A stretch of DNA of 64,000 bases from an uncultured Clostridia bacterium (GTDB lineage: Bacteria > Bacillota > Clostridia > Christensenellales > UBA1242): positions 8,398-72,397 of the forward strand of contig CAKVLQ010000001.1 of assembly GCA_934757845.1 (NCBI GenBank), in the 5' to 3' direction. Of this stretch, positions 50,526-59,899 are shown piece by piece. The position numbers were made by a program, and so were the translations under genes. Within the stretch, counting starts at the first letter, position 1. Each line of letters begins with the position of its first letter. The notes below the pieces were generated by a model that was not told where the DNA came from, did no database searches, and worked only from the letters and a program-made list of their open reading frames with translations.

Positions 50526-50666
50526 ATGGCTATCACTTGTGTGAAAATATTTTTTTTGTGCAATGTGACCACTTGCAAATCTATTTTAATCGGGTTTGTA
50601 AGAGTAAAAATTAAGATTTACCCGTTTTTAGAAATTGGTAAGTTCAAATTTTAAAGGAGGAAAATT

Positions 50667-51038
50667 ATGCCAACAATTAACCAATTAATTAGGCACGGCA
50701 GAAAACAAGTTGAGAAAAAAAGCAAATCTCCAATCTTGGAAGAATGTCCACAAAAAAGAGGCGTTTGTTTGACTGTAACAACAACAACACCTAAAAAGCC
50801 TAACTCTGCGTTAAGAAAAATTGCTAAGGTTAAAGTTTCAAACGGCGAAGAAGGAACTTGTTATATCCCAGGAATTGGACATAACTTGCAAGAACACAGT
50901 GTTGTTCTTATTCGTGGTGGCCGTGTTAAAGACTTGCCAGGTGTTCGTTATCACATTGTTCGTGGTGCACTAGACACAGCAGGAGTAGCAAAAAGAAATC
51001 AAAGCAGAAGTAAATATGGTGCTAAAAAACCTAAATAA
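50667..51038 (+). CDS. rpsL: 30S ribosomal protein S12
   Basis: [13 protein letters not shown]...[10 protein letters not shown]...[14 protein letters not shown] are canonical S12 segments. SD aaggagg is upstream. Confidence 0.97.
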   Translation: MPTINQLIRHGRKQVEKKSKSPILEECPQKRGVCLTVTTTTPKKPNSALRKIAKVKVSNGEEGTCYIPGIGHNLQEHSVVLIRGGRVKDLPGVRYHIVRGALDTAGVAKRNQSRSKYGAKKPK

Positions 51039-51076
51039 ATTTAAACTTATTATATTCTAAAAAGGAGAGATAAATT

Positions 51077-51547
51077 ATGCCAAGAAGAAATCAAGCAACA
51101 AAAAGAGAAATTTTGCCAGATCCAAAATTCAACAGCATTGTTGTTGCAAAACTTATCAACCAAGTTATGCAAGATGGCAAAAAATCACTAGCACAAAACA
51201 TTGTTTACAGTGCTTTTGATGTTGCAAATGAAAAACTAGGCCTTGAAGGTGCAAACTGTTTGTCAGTTGCTCTTGAAAATGTTATGCCAGTTGTTGAATG
51301 TAAAGCACGACGAGTTGGTGGAACTAACTATCAAGTTCCTATTGAAGTTCGTCCTGAAAGAAGACAAACACTAGGCATTCGTTGGCTTGTTAACAGTGCA
51401 AGAAACCGTAGCGAAAGAGAAATGGTAAATCGTCTTGCAATGGAAATTGTTGACGCTAACAATCAAACAGGCGGGGCTGTTAAAAAGAAAGAAGAAATGC
51501 ACAGAATGGCGGAAGCAAACAAAGCGTTTGCCCACTATAAATATTAA
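51077..51547 (+). CDS. rpsG: 30S ribosomal protein S7
   Basis: [20 protein letters not shown]...[16 protein letters not shown] are canonical S7 segments. Confidence 0.97.
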   Translation: MPRRNQATKREILPDPKFNSIVVAKLINQVMQDGKKSLAQNIVYSAFDVANEKLGLEGANCLSVALENVMPVVECKARRVGGTNYQVPIEVRPERRQTLGIRWLVNSARNRSEREMVNRLAMEIVDANNQTGGAVKKKEEMHRMAEANKAFAHYKY

Positions 51548-51565
51548 AATAAGGAGAAAAAATTT

Positions 51566-53653
51566 ATGCCAAGAGAATATAGCCTTAAAGATACAAGAAA
51601 CATTGGTATTATGGCGCATATTGATGCAGGAAAAACCACAACAACCGAAAGAATTTTGTATTATACAGGCATAAATCATAAAATTGGTGAAGTTCATGAC
51701 GGCGGTGCAACAATGGACTGGATGGAGCAAGAACAAGAACGTGGTATCACTATCACTTCTGCTTGCACAACTTGTTCATGGAAAGGCAAAAGAATAAATA
51801 TTATCGACACCCCAGGGCACGTGGACTTTACTGTTGAAGTTCAAAGAAGTTTGAAAGTTCTTGACGGCGCTATCACTGTTTTGAGTGCTCGTGAAGGTGC
51901 TCAACCTCAAAGTGAAACCGTTTGGCGTCAAGCAAATGATTATAAAGTTCCTCGTCTTGTGTTTGTTAATAAAATGGACCGTGATGCGGCAGACTTTTAT
52001 AAAGCTTGCGACAGCGTTAAAACAAGACTTAAAGGCAACCCAGTTCCAATTCAAATTCCTATTGGACAAGAAGCAAACTTTAAAGGCTTAATTGACCTTG
52101 TTGAAATGAATGCAATTATGTATCATGAAGACGATGGAAAAATCTTTGAAGTTGTTGAAATCCCAGAAGAATACAAAGCAAAAGCCGAAGAATATCGTGC
52201 AAAAATGATTGAATCAGTTGCTGAAACTGATGATGCTTTGCTTGAAAAATTCTTTGCTGGTGAAGAATTCACAAAAGAAGAAATTAAAGCAGGTTTAAGA
52301 AAAGGAACTTTGGAACTTAAACTTAACCCAGTTCTTTGCGGAACTGCATTAAGAAACAAAGGTGTTCAACCACTACTTGACGCCATTGTTGATTATCTTC
52401 CAGCCCCAACTGATGTTGACCACATTGTTGGTGTTAACCCAGACACAGGCGCAGAAGAAATAAGAGAAAGTTCTGACGAAGCACCTTTTGCTGGTTTAGC
52501 GTTCAAAATTATGGACGATAAATTTGTTGGAAACCTAACTTTCTTCCGTGTTTATTCAGGCACATTAAAAGCGGGTTCTTATGTTTACAATCCTCGAACA
52601 CAACGAAAAGAAAGAATTGGCCGTATTGTTAGAATGCACGCAAACGAAAGAAAAGAAATAGACGAAATTTTTGCAGGTGATATTGCTGCTCTTGTTGGTT
52701 TGAAAGACACAATCACAGCAGATACTTTGTGTGATGAAAATCACCCAATTATGCTTTCTGGTATGGAATTCCCAGCACCAGTTATTGAACAAAGTTTGGA
52801 ACCAAAAACAAAAGCCGACCAAGAAAAAATGGTTCTTGCATTAATCAAACTTGCAAAAGAAGACCCAACTTTCAAAACTTGGACAGACAAAGATTCTGGT
52901 CAAACAATTATTGCAGGTGTTGGTGAACTTCACCTAGATATTATTGTTGACAGATTAAGAAGAGAATTTGGCGTTGAAGCCAATATTGGTCGTCCACAAG
53001 TTGCTTATAAAGAAACTATCCGAATGCCAGTTGAAGCCGAAGGAAAATATATTCGTCAATCAGGTGGTAAAGGTCAATATGGACATTGCTGGATTAAATT
53101 AGAGCCAAAAGAAGATGGTGGCTATGAATTTATTGACGAAATTGTTGGCGGTGTTATTCCAAAAGAATATATCCCTGCAATCGACAAAGGTATTCAAGAA
53201 GCGGCTGCAAACGGAATTTTGGCAGGCTATCCAGTTGTAGACTTTAAAGTTCATGTATTTGATGGTTCATATCACGATGTTGATAGTAGTGAAATGGCGT
53301 TCAAAATTGCTGGAAGTATGGCATTTAAAGAAGCGGCACGAAAAGCAAATCCAGTTTTGCTTGAACCTATTATGAAAGTTGAAGTTGAAACACCAGATGA
53401 TTATCTTGGAGATGTTATTGGTGGTTTAACTGCTCGTCGTGGCATATTGCAAGGAACAGAAGCAACACTTGGCATTCAAAAAGTTGATGCACAAGTTCCA
53501 CTTTCAGAAATGTTTGGATATGTTACAGATTTGAGAAGTGCAACACAAGGTCGTGGAACATTCACAATGGTATTCAGCCATTATGCCGAAGTTCCAAAAT
53601 CAATCGCTGACAAAATTATTGGCGAAAGAGCAAAACGAAACACAGAAGAATAG
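51566..53653 (+). CDS. fusA: Elongation factor G
   Basis: 695 aa. G1 motif [24 protein letters not shown], and the EF-G domain IV/V pattern. Confidence 0.97.
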   Translation: MPREYSLKDTRNIGIMAHIDAGKTTTTERILYYTGINHKIGEVHDGGATMDWMEQEQERGITITSACTTCSWKGKRINIIDTPGHVDFTVEVQRSLKVLDGAITVLSAREGAQPQSETVWRQANDYKVPRLVFVNKMDRDAADFYKACDSVKTRLKGNPVPIQIPIGQEANFKGLIDLVEMNAIMYHEDDGKIFEVVEIPEEYKAKAEEYRAKMIESVAETDDALLEKFFAGEEFTKEEIKAGLRKGTLELKLNPVLCGTALRNKGVQPLLDAIVDYLPAPTDVDHIVGVNPDTGAEEIRESSDEAPFAGLAFKIMDDKFVGNLTFFRVYSGTLKAGSYVYNPRTQRKERIGRIVRMHANERKEIDEIFAGDIAALVGLKDTITADTLCDENHPIMLSGMEFPAPVIEQSLEPKTKADQEKMVLALIKLAKEDPTFKTWTDKDSGQTIIAGVGELHLDIIVDRLRREFGVEANIGRPQVAYKETIRMPVEAEGKYIRQSGGKGQYGHCWIKLEPKEDGGYEFIDEIVGGVIPKEYIPAIDKGIQEAAANGILAGYPVVDFKVHVFDGSYHDVDSSEMAFKIAGSMAFKEAARKANPVLLEPIMKVEVETPDDYLGDVIGGLTARRGILQGTEATLGIQKVDAQVPLSEMFGYVTDLRSATQGRGTFTMVFSHYAEVPKSIADKIIGERAKRNTEE

Positions 53654-53655
53654 TA

Positions 53656-53690
53656 TTTTTATAGGGTTTTGAACAAAAATCCTATAAAAA
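53656..53690 (+). terminator. Long hairpin between fusA and tuf (partial terminator or processing site)
   Basis: tttttatagggtttt (53656-53670) pairs with aaaatcctataaaaa (53676-53690) with one G-U pair. The stem is symmetric with A/T flanks. Confidence 0.45.
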
Positions 53691-53714
53691 ATATTTTTAA
53701 TTTAATATTTTTGT

Positions 53715-53743
53715 TTGCTTTATTTTGATTTATATGTTAAAAT
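53715..53743 (+). promoter_or_regulatory. Extended -10 promoter of tuf
   Basis: TTGCTT (53715-53720), 17 nt, TGtTAAAAT (hexamer at 53738-53743). Confidence 0.5.
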
Positions 53744-53799
53744 AAAAGCAAGTGAAATAAAAAAATCAATTTCATAAAAATTAGGAGGAATTTTTAAAA

Positions 53800-55008
53800 A
53801 TGGCAAAAGCTAAATTTGAAAGAACAAAACCACATTGCAACATTGGAACAATTGGTCACGTAGACCATGGTAAAACAACTCTAACTGCTGCAATTTGTAT
53901 GACTTTATCAAAAATTGGCCATGCACAAGGTATGGAATATGCTGATATTGATAAAGCCCCAGAAGAAAAAGCAAGAGGAATTACAATCAACACTGCACAC
54001 GTTGAATATGAAACAGATAAAAGACACTATGCACACGTTGACTGTCCAGGACACGCAGACTATGTAAAAAACATGATTACTGGTGCTGCTCAAATGGACG
54101 GAGCAATCTTGGTTGTTTCTGCTGCTGATGGTCCAATGCCACAAACAAGAGAACACATTTTGCTTGCTCGTCAAGTTGGTGTTCCATACATTGTTGTTTT
54201 CATGAACAAATGTGATATGGTTGACGACCCAGAACTACTAGATTTAGTAGAAATGGAAATTAGAGAATTATTAAACAAATATGACTTCCCAGGAGACACA
54301 ACTCCAATTATTCGTGGTTCAGCTGCAAAAGCTTTGGAAGCGGTAAACAGTGGTGCAGATGTTAGAACTGCTCCAGAATGCAAATGCATTTTTGAATTGA
54401 TGGATACTATCGATAGTTATATCCCAGATCCAAAACGTGATGTTGATCAACCATTCCTAATGCCAGTTGAAGACGTATTTACAATCACTGGTCGTGGAAC
54501 AGTTGCAACAGGCCGTGTAGAACGTGGTGTTGTTAAAGTTGGTGACACAGTTGAAATCGTTGGTATGGGCGCTAAAAAACAAACAGTTGTTACTGGTGTT
54601 GAAATGTTCAGAAAACTTCTTGACCAAGCAGAAGCTGGTGATAACATTGGTGCTTTGCTTCGTGGTATTGAAAGAAAAGATATCGAAAGAGGACAAGTTC
54701 TTGCAAAACCAGGCACAATTCACCCACACACAGAATTTACTGCTCAAGTATACGTTTTGAAAAAAGAAGAAGGTGGTCGACATACTCCATTCTTTAATGG
54801 TTACAGACCTCAATTCTATTTCCGAACAACTGACGTTACAGGAACAATCGAACTTCCACAAGGCGTTGAAATGGTTATGCCAGGGGATAACATCTCTATG
54901 GATATCAAACTAATCACTGATATCGCTATTGAAGAAGGTTTAAGATTTGCTATCCGTGAAGGTGGCAGAACTGTTGGTTCAGGCGTTGTTACAAAAATTA
55001 TTAAATAG
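53800..55008 (+). CDS. tuf: Elongation factor Tu
   Basis: 402 aa. [24 protein letters not shown](A)K motifs. SD aggagg is upstream. Confidence 0.97.
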   Translation: MAKAKFERTKPHCNIGTIGHVDHGKTTLTAAICMTLSKIGHAQGMEYADIDKAPEEKARGITINTAHVEYETDKRHYAHVDCPGHADYVKNMITGAAQMDGAILVVSAADGPMPQTREHILLARQVGVPYIVVFMNKCDMVDDPELLDLVEMEIRELLNKYDFPGDTTPIIRGSAAKALEAVNSGADVRTAPECKCIFELMDTIDSYIPDPKRDVDQPFLMPVEDVFTITGRGTVATGRVERGVVKVGDTVEIVGMGAKKQTVVTGVEMFRKLLDQAEAGDNIGALLRGIERKDIERGQVLAKPGTIHPHTEFTAQVYVLKKEEGGRHTPFFNGYRPQFYFRTTDVTGTIELPQGVEMVMPGDNISMDIKLITDIAIEEGLRFAIREGGRTVGSGVVTKIIK

Positions 55009-55028
55009 TTTTTGAAATCTTGTTATTA

Positions 55029-55059
55029 AATAAGCACACTTTTTGTGTGCTTATTTTTT
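55029..55059 (+). terminator. Rho-independent terminator after tuf
   Basis: aagcacac (55032-55039), ttttt loop, gtgtgctt (55045-55052), then a T run. Confidence 0.8.
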
Positions 55060-55163
55060 ATGTTTAAAAGATAAATTGCAATATAATTTAAGCAAATTTT
55101 AATGGCTTAATTAATTGTAAAATTAAAATTTTTGTGTTATACTAATTTTGTAAGGAAAAAATT

Positions 55164-56123
55164 ATGGAATTAATGCTTGCTGATTTAGAAAAAGAAAATG
55201 GTCGTTATCTTCGAAAAGACATTGATGGCGGAATATTAACCGAAAAATATGAAATAGACCGCTATAAACTTGAACAATATGCTAGTGTTGTTGACAATTT
55301 GATGCTTGGGAACTATAACGAGTTTGGTGATTATGTTGTTGAAACTGATTTACTTGACGAACTTTTAAAGTGTAAAAAAGTTATCACGGATAATTATGAA
55401 AATATTTTGTTTGTTGAAAGTGTAAATAGTGTTAATGCGTTTGGTAAATTAAATTTTGCTATTAAAGTTGTTGATTGTGAACAAGCAGGTTATAAAACTG
55501 CTGTTCTTGAACTTTTAGAGCCAATTTATAAGTGCAAAGGCTATATTGAAAACACACAAGCAACAATTATTAAAAAAATCAATTTGCCTTTTAATGATGC
55601 TTTTAAAAGTGAAGTTTATAAAGAATTTAATATTATAAGCATTGAAGGACTGGGGGCTGAAAAAGAACTTGAAAACAAAGACGAATTTCAAAAGTTGATT
55701 GACCGAAAAATCAAACTTTTGTATGTAAAAAAACACATTGAAGCTCAAGATGATTTTATGATGTGTTATAAAAAGAATGTTGACGAGTTGAAGAAAACGG
55801 ACGAAGGCAAAAAAGTTCTTGAAAACTATAAAAAAGAAGAAAAAATAGCAGAAAATTATTTAAAACTTGACAAAAATGACTACAAATCTAAAAACGAATT
55901 GTTAATCAAAAACATTGAAAGTGTTTTCAAAACAATTCCTATGCCAATAATAAACAACCTTGTTGAACTTCACAAAAAAACCGTTAATAAAATTCAAAAA
56001 GTTATGGTAAATGTAAAAAAGCAACAAGAAGAAAAAGCAAAACCAAAGAAAATTGTTATAGTAAAAAACACAGCCAAAGAAAAAGATAGATTAAGAAGCC
56101 TTGACGATGTGCTTGGAAGATAA
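55164..56123 (+). CDS. Hypothetical protein (Lys/Glu-rich C-terminal half)
   Basis: 319-aa ORF with SD aaggaaaa upstream. An upstream TGtTATACT extended -10 is present. No recognisable motif. Confidence 0.5.
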   Translation: MELMLADLEKENGRYLRKDIDGGILTEKYEIDRYKLEQYASVVDNLMLGNYNEFGDYVVETDLLDELLKCKKVITDNYENILFVESVNSVNAFGKLNFAIKVVDCEQAGYKTAVLELLEPIYKCKGYIENTQATIIKKINLPFNDAFKSEVYKEFNIISIEGLGAEKELENKDEFQKLIDRKIKLLYVKKHIEAQDDFMMCYKKNVDELKKTDEGKKVLENYKKEEKIAENYLKLDKNDYKSKNELLIKNIESVFKTIPMPIINNLVELHKKTVNKIQKVMVNVKKQQEEKAKPKKIVIVKNTAKEKDRLRSLDDVLGR

Positions 56124-56386
56124 GAAAAATAAAAAGATATATTATTATTTTATAAAAACCTAATATTTTTACAAAAACTCATAATATTTTAAATAATATT
56201 TAATTTTTTACAAAAATATCAACTATATGTTTAATATACGAAAATTTCTAAATTAGAATAATAAAAATGTAAATATTGAATAGGTGGGCAATAAGAAAAT
56301 ATAATTTAACCTATATTTTATTCTGAGACTTGCATTTTTCTATTAAGTATGTTAAACATATTTACGAAAAATTAGAGGAGGAAATA

Positions 56387-56707
56387 TGAAAAGAACTTTA
56401 AAAATTATCGGCAGTTTTTTAGGAATAATAGGTTCAATGATGCTTATTTATAATTCATTAACAGGCATTATAAACTCCGCAAATCATAGCACTTGGGATA
56501 TTTTTGACACAATTTTATTACCTTTTTCTGCAAAATAAATTTAAGACAAATAAAAATGTCATTAATATATTAACTATTATATTGTCGTTTGTTATTGGAC
56601 TTTTGTTTATTTGGTTTGCAATAGTAAAATCAGATAATAACTTATTTTATAGTATAACCGGTATTATAAATACTCTAACGGCTATTTTGCTTTTATATAA
56701 ATATTAA
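56387..56707 (+). pseudogene. Small multi-TM membrane protein gene disrupted by two frameshifts
   Basis: - A strong SD gaggagg (56376-56382) precedes ATG 56387, but that frame stops after 11 codons (MKRTLKLSAVF*).
- The reading continues in the -1 frame from the A4 run at 56401-56404 (IIGSFLGIIGSMMLIYNSLTGIIN...) to TAA at 56538.
- The original frame reopens at 56474 and runs to 56707 (...ILTIILSFVIGLLFIWFAIV...SITGIINTLTAILLLYKY).
- The two halves share the S(L/I)TGIIN(T) motif. Confidence 0.45.
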
Positions 56708-56737
56708 AAAAAGGAACTTGCAAGTTCTTTTTTTTTG
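56708..56737 (+). terminator. Rho-independent terminator
   Basis: ggaactt (56713-56719) pairs with aagttcc-like aagttct (56722-56728) around a gc centre, followed by a T9 run. Confidence 0.65.
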
Positions 56738-56860
56738 CAAGTTTCAATTTTTTTAGACTTTAATGTTATTCTTTTTGTTTAATCAAAAGTTAACTCTAAA
56801 TGTAATTTTGAGTTATAATTTTATGGGTAAAAATTTGGGTAATATTAAAAAATAATCGCC

Positions 56861-56890
56861 CACGATAATGAAACTGCTTCCATTATTGTG
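56861..56890 (-). terminator. Imperfect inverted repeat at the recombinase stop codon (terminator of the recombinase gene, or the ancestral tRNA terminator)
   Basis: cacgataatg (56861-56870) and cattattgtg (56881-56890) are inverted repeats with 1 mismatch, 10 nt apart. On the minus strand the hairpin is followed by ggcgattatttttt. Confidence 0.4.
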
Positions 56891-58409
56891 AGCGTATGTC
56901 ATTTTGGCTCCCCGTGTTATTAAATATTTGAACATGGCTATCTTGCTCTTTTAAATCATTTAAAACATCGTCAAATGTTATATTTTTATTATCAAATAAA
57001 TTGTAGTAAATTAATATTTTGTCATCAAAAACATAAACACAATTAACAAAATTGAATATTATTTCACGTTGAAAATTTATGTCGTTAACATTTCCATTTA
57101 AAAATTTATGCAATAAATTTTTAACATCGTTCTTTGATTTCGTCAACTCTTGCGTGAATTTTAGTTTTTCGATTTCGTTTTGTAAATCTTTTTTGTGAAT
57201 TGTAAGACTTTCAGCCCTTTCGTTTAATCTTTTTTGTAAATCTTCGTTTGTCGCCAAAACAAAACTATTAAAACATTTATCAATTTCATTTTCAATTTCA
57301 ACAATTTGCTTTTGCAATTTATCAATTTTTATTTTTACATCGCTTTTATTCCAAACATCTAAAAATGCGGTTGATATTTTCTCAATGTTCTCATCGGTCA
57401 AAATATAATTTAATGTTTGACCTACAACATATTTTTCTAAAAAATCTTTTTTTTCATTATTCTTTTTGCAAGAATGTTTTTTCCAACGATTAGAACAAGT
57501 ATAGTAATAATGCTTTGTTCCATCTCTACTAGTTCCGCTCACTCCAACTAACGAAGCCCCACAATGTCCGCAAAATGCTTTGCCTGTCAATAAAAATTCG
57601 GCTTTTGCTTTTTGTTTCGCTCCCAATCGTTTATGAAATTTTAAAATTTCTTGCACTCTGTCAAAAGTTTTTCTGTCTATAATTTGTGGGTAATAATCAT
57701 TTTTTTGAATTGTTCCGTTGTCGTAAACGCCTACATATTTGATATTTGACAAATTGTTTTGAAAATTACTTATAGTTAATAATTTCCCCTTTCGAGTTCT
57801 GAAACCTTTCTCGTTTAATTCTTTTATAATTTGCTTTTTAGGTTTGCCTTTTGCATACTCTTCAAATAAATATTTAATGGCTGGTGCGGTTTGTTCGTCA
57901 ACCATTATTTTTTTATCAACCACTTTATAACCATAAAGCATGTGTCCGCCAATTGTATTGCCTTTTAAAATGCTTTCTTTCATTCCGCGTTTAACTTTTT
58001 GTGATAATTCCGCCGAATAATATTCTGCATAACCTTCAAGCATGGCTTCCATAATAATTCCTTCGGGCTTTTCGCTTATGTATTCCGTTGCTGAAATAGT
58101 TTTAATTCCGCGTTTTTTCAATAATTCTTTATAAATAATGCTATCATATCGATTTCGAGCAAATCTATCAAATTTATAAACCAAAACACAATCAAATTTT
58201 TGATTTTTGCTATCACTAATTAATTTTTGAAAATTTTCTCGATTGTCATATTTGCCCGACAATTCTTTGTCGATGTAATAGTCAATTATTTTTAAATCAT
58301 TATTTTTAGCATATTCTTCACAAATTCGAAGTTGTCCCTCAATGCTTTGCTCCGTTTGTTTATGGCTTGAATATCTTGCATAAATAACAGTTTTAATCAT
58401 TGTTTTCAT
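56883..58409 (-). CDS. Large serine recombinase (resolvase/invertase N-domain + recombinase domain + zinc ribbon + coiled coil)
   Basis: - VIYARYSSHKQTEQSIEGQLR carries the catalytic Ser region, and VYKFDRFARN is present.
- Cys-rich zinc ribbon: CGHCGASLVGVSG...YYYTCSNRWKKHSCKK.
- Long coiled-coil C-terminal segment.
- The likely true start is ATG 58400 (MIKTVIY), with AAAGGA 8 nt upstream. Confidence 0.85.
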   Translation of the reverse strand: MKTMIKTVIYARYSSHKQTEQSIEGQLRICEEYAKNNDLKIIDYYIDKELSGKYDNRENFQKLISDSKNQKFDCVLVYKFDRFARNRYDSIIYKELLKKRGIKTISATEYISEKPEGIIMEAMLEGYAEYYSAELSQKVKRGMKESILKGNTIGGHMLYGYKVVDKKIMVDEQTAPAIKYLFEEYAKGKPKKQIIKELNEKGFRTRKGKLLTISNFQNNLSNIKYVGVYDNGTIQKNDYYPQIIDRKTFDRVQEILKFHKRLGAKQKAKAEFLLTGKAFCGHCGASLVGVSGTSRDGTKHYYYTCSNRWKKHSCKKNNEKKDFLEKYVVGQTLNYILTDENIEKISTAFLDVWNKSDVKIKIDKLQKQIVEIENEIDKCFNSFVLATNEDLQKRLNERAESLTIHKKDLQNEIEKLKFTQELTKSKNDVKNLLHKFLNGNVNDINFQREIIFNFVNCVYVFDDKILIYYNLFDNKNITFDDVLNDLKEQDSHVQIFNNTGSQNDIRSQ

Positions 58410-58740
58410 CCTTTATTTTTTGATTTTCGTCGCCTATTAGTCCCAAAATATAATATTTCAAACTTTCACACTGTATATTGTTTAAATTTTTTATTAAATC
58501 ACAACATTCCTGTTGTTCTTTGCTTAAACTTTTAAAATTTTCTTCATATCCAAGCAAAAATGACGGTGTAACATTAAAATATTTTGCCAATTTAACAATT
58601 GAACTACGTTTCATGTTTTCAACCATACCGCTTTCATATTTCCTTATGGCTGATTTTTGCACACCTATAATTTTGCCTAATTCTTCTTGAGTTAACCCCC
58701 GTTGTGTTCTTAAATTTTTTATTATTTCGCTCATTTCCAT
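58393..58740 (-). CDS. XRE-family HTH repressor (cI-like)
   Basis: NLRTQRGLTQEELGKIIGVQKSAIRKYESG is a classic HTH_3 motif. Its stop lies 2 nt before the recombinase ATG at 58400, implying an operon. It is divergent from the Cro-like gene. Confidence 0.8.
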   Translation of the reverse strand: MEMSEIIKNLRTQRGLTQEELGKIIGVQKSAIRKYESGMVENMKRSSIVKLAKYFNVTPSFLLGYEENFKSLSKEQQECCDLIKNLNNIQCESLKYYILGLIGDENQKIKDENND

Positions 58741-58822
58741 ATTTTATCATTTCCTTTATTTTTTAAATTATATATCAAAATGTCTTAAAAATCAACTTTT
58801 TTTTATATTTCTTAAAATTTGA

Positions 58823-58852
58823 TTGACAAAGCATAAAAATTTATGATAAAGT
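58823..58852 (+). promoter_or_regulatory. Rightward promoter of the element switch region
   Basis: TTGACA (58823-58828), 18 nt, TGaTAAAGT (hexamer at 58847-58852). The predicted start falls inside the 58856-58872 palindrome. Confidence 0.45.
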
Positions 58853-58855
58853 AAA

Positions 58856-58872
58856 GTGTCTTAAAAAGACAC
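58856..58872. promoter_or_regulatory. Operator candidate O1: perfect 17-bp palindrome GTGTCTTaaaAAGACAC
   Basis: 7-bp arms with a 3-bp centre, immediately downstream of the rightward -10. The same palindrome recurs at 59106-59122, and a half-site tgtcttaaaaa lies at 58781-58791. Confidence 0.6.
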
Positions 58873-58898
58873 AAACTAAAAAAGGGGGAGTAAATTAC

Positions 58899-59102
58899 AT
58901 GAATAAACGTCTTTTTGAAAGCAAGATGAAACTATTTGGCGATACAAATAAAACTCTTGCTAATTACTTAGGATTGTCTATTGCTTCGGTTTCCGCAAAG
59001 AAAAATGAAAACGGAACAGAGTTTACTAAAAGTGAAATTGATAAAATCAAGCAACGTTATAAATTAACCGCTGATGAAATTAATGAAATTTTTTTTGCTT
59101 AA
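58899..59102 (+). CDS. Cro-like small HTH regulator
   Basis: 67 aa with SD gggggag upstream. NKTLANYLGLSIASVSAKKNE resembles a short HTH. Its position divergent from the cI-like gene fits this role. Confidence 0.55.
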   Translation: MNKRLFESKMKLFGDTNKTLANYLGLSIASVSAKKNENGTEFTKSEIDKIKQRYKLTADEINEIFFA

Positions 59103-59105
59103 AAA

Positions 59106-59122
59106 GTGTCTTATGAAGACAC
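59106..59122. promoter_or_regulatory. Operator candidate O2: palindrome GTGTCTTatgAAGACAC
   Basis: Arms identical to O1. It lies 3 nt after the Cro-like stop codon and has no trailing T run, so it is not a convincing terminator. Confidence 0.5.
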
Positions 59123-59134
59123 GAAAGGAACAAA

Positions 59135-59320
59135 ATGCAAATCGGAACCATAGCATACAAAGACAAAGAAAAAATTTTAAAAACTATGCCAATTTTGGCA
59201 AAAGGAGAAGCAATGGAAGTAACAAACCAAATAGCAAAATTTTTTTGCGAAAAATTAAAAGAGTTTGACAAAGCCCCAACAAAAGAACCTACAAACCAAG
59301 AAAAGGGACAAAAGGAGTAA
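59135..59320 (+). CDS. Element small ORF (61 aa)
   Basis: SD aaagga lies 5 nt upstream of the ATG. Co-oriented with the rightward operon. Confidence 0.5.
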   Translation: MQIGTIAYKDKEKILKTMPILAKGEAMEVTNQIAKFFCEKLKEFDKAPTKEPTNQEKGQKE

Positions 59321-59325
59321 AAACA

Positions 59326-59532
59326 ATGTCAGAAGAGAAACAAGTCTATGACAAATTGCGGGTTGATGTTATATCTCTTCGAAAGCCTTACGAAGATATT
59401 AAAGGGTTAATAAACGACCTTGAAGAGATAGCAAACGACCAATTTTTGAACCTGGACGAAATTAAAACAATTGAAATACATTACAACAAAGAAACATTAA
59501 ATAAATTTATAAAAGATTTAAAAGGGATATAA
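59326..59532 (+). CDS. Element small ORF (68 aa)
   Basis: SD aaggag upstream. Tightly packed behind the previous ORF. Confidence 0.55.
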   Translation: MSEEKQVYDKLRVDVISLRKPYEDIKGLINDLEEIANDQFLNLDEIKTIEIHYNKETLNKFIKDLKGI

Positions 59533-59556
59533 AAACCCTACACAAAAGGAGTTAAC

Positions 59557-59742
59557 ATGACTACTATCGAAATTATAAAAAATATCAGATTAACAAACAA
59601 AACAAGTCTAGAAAAAATAAAAACCATATTTGAAATAATCGGCGGACTATGTTCATATAATTGCGGTGCACTTGCTTATGAAGCAGTAAAAAAAGAAGAG
59701 TTAAAAAGTAAATTTAAAGTTATAGGTGGTCAAAATGAATAA
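59557..59742 (+). CDS. Element small ORF (61 aa)
   Basis: SD aaggag upstream. Confidence 0.55.
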   Translation: MTTIEIIKNIRLTNKTSLEKIKTIFEIIGGLCSYNCGALAYEAVKKEELKSKFKVIGGQNE

Positions 59743-59899
59743 AGAAGAATTAAATAAAATCATTGAAGAAACTAGTTTTAAAATATCCCAACTTGCGGGG
59801 AATTTAATTTATTACATAGAAAAATATCAAAAACAATTTGAAAACAATCAAATTATAACAATCAATATAGAAAACAAAGGAGCAAAAAAACAATGTTAA
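59735..59899 (+). CDS. Element small ORF (54 aa; below the ORF-track cutoff)
   Basis: ATG 59735 overlaps the previous stop (ATGAATAA), with SD ggtgg upstream. My translation is MNKEELNKIIEETSFKISQLAGNLIYYIEKYQKQFENNQIITINIENKGAKKQC*. Confidence 0.45.
   Translation: MNKEELNKIIEETSFKISQLAGNLIYYIEKYQKQFENNQIITINIENKGAKKQC

Noticed and set aside
50591-50630. An attenuator or S12-leader hairpin (cgggt...acccg + T5) in the rpsL leader.
   Set aside because: The stem is only 5 bp with a ~24-nt loop and mismatches beyond it. That is too weak to call a terminator or a known ribosomal-protein leader.
59074-59271. Overlapping ORF-track entries 59074-59268 (+) and 59080-59271 (-) in the element.
   Set aside because: They overlap the SD-supported 59135-59320 ORF and the Cro-like gene end, have no SD of their own, and their Lys/Arg- or Phe-rich composition is typical of off-frame AT-rich translation.
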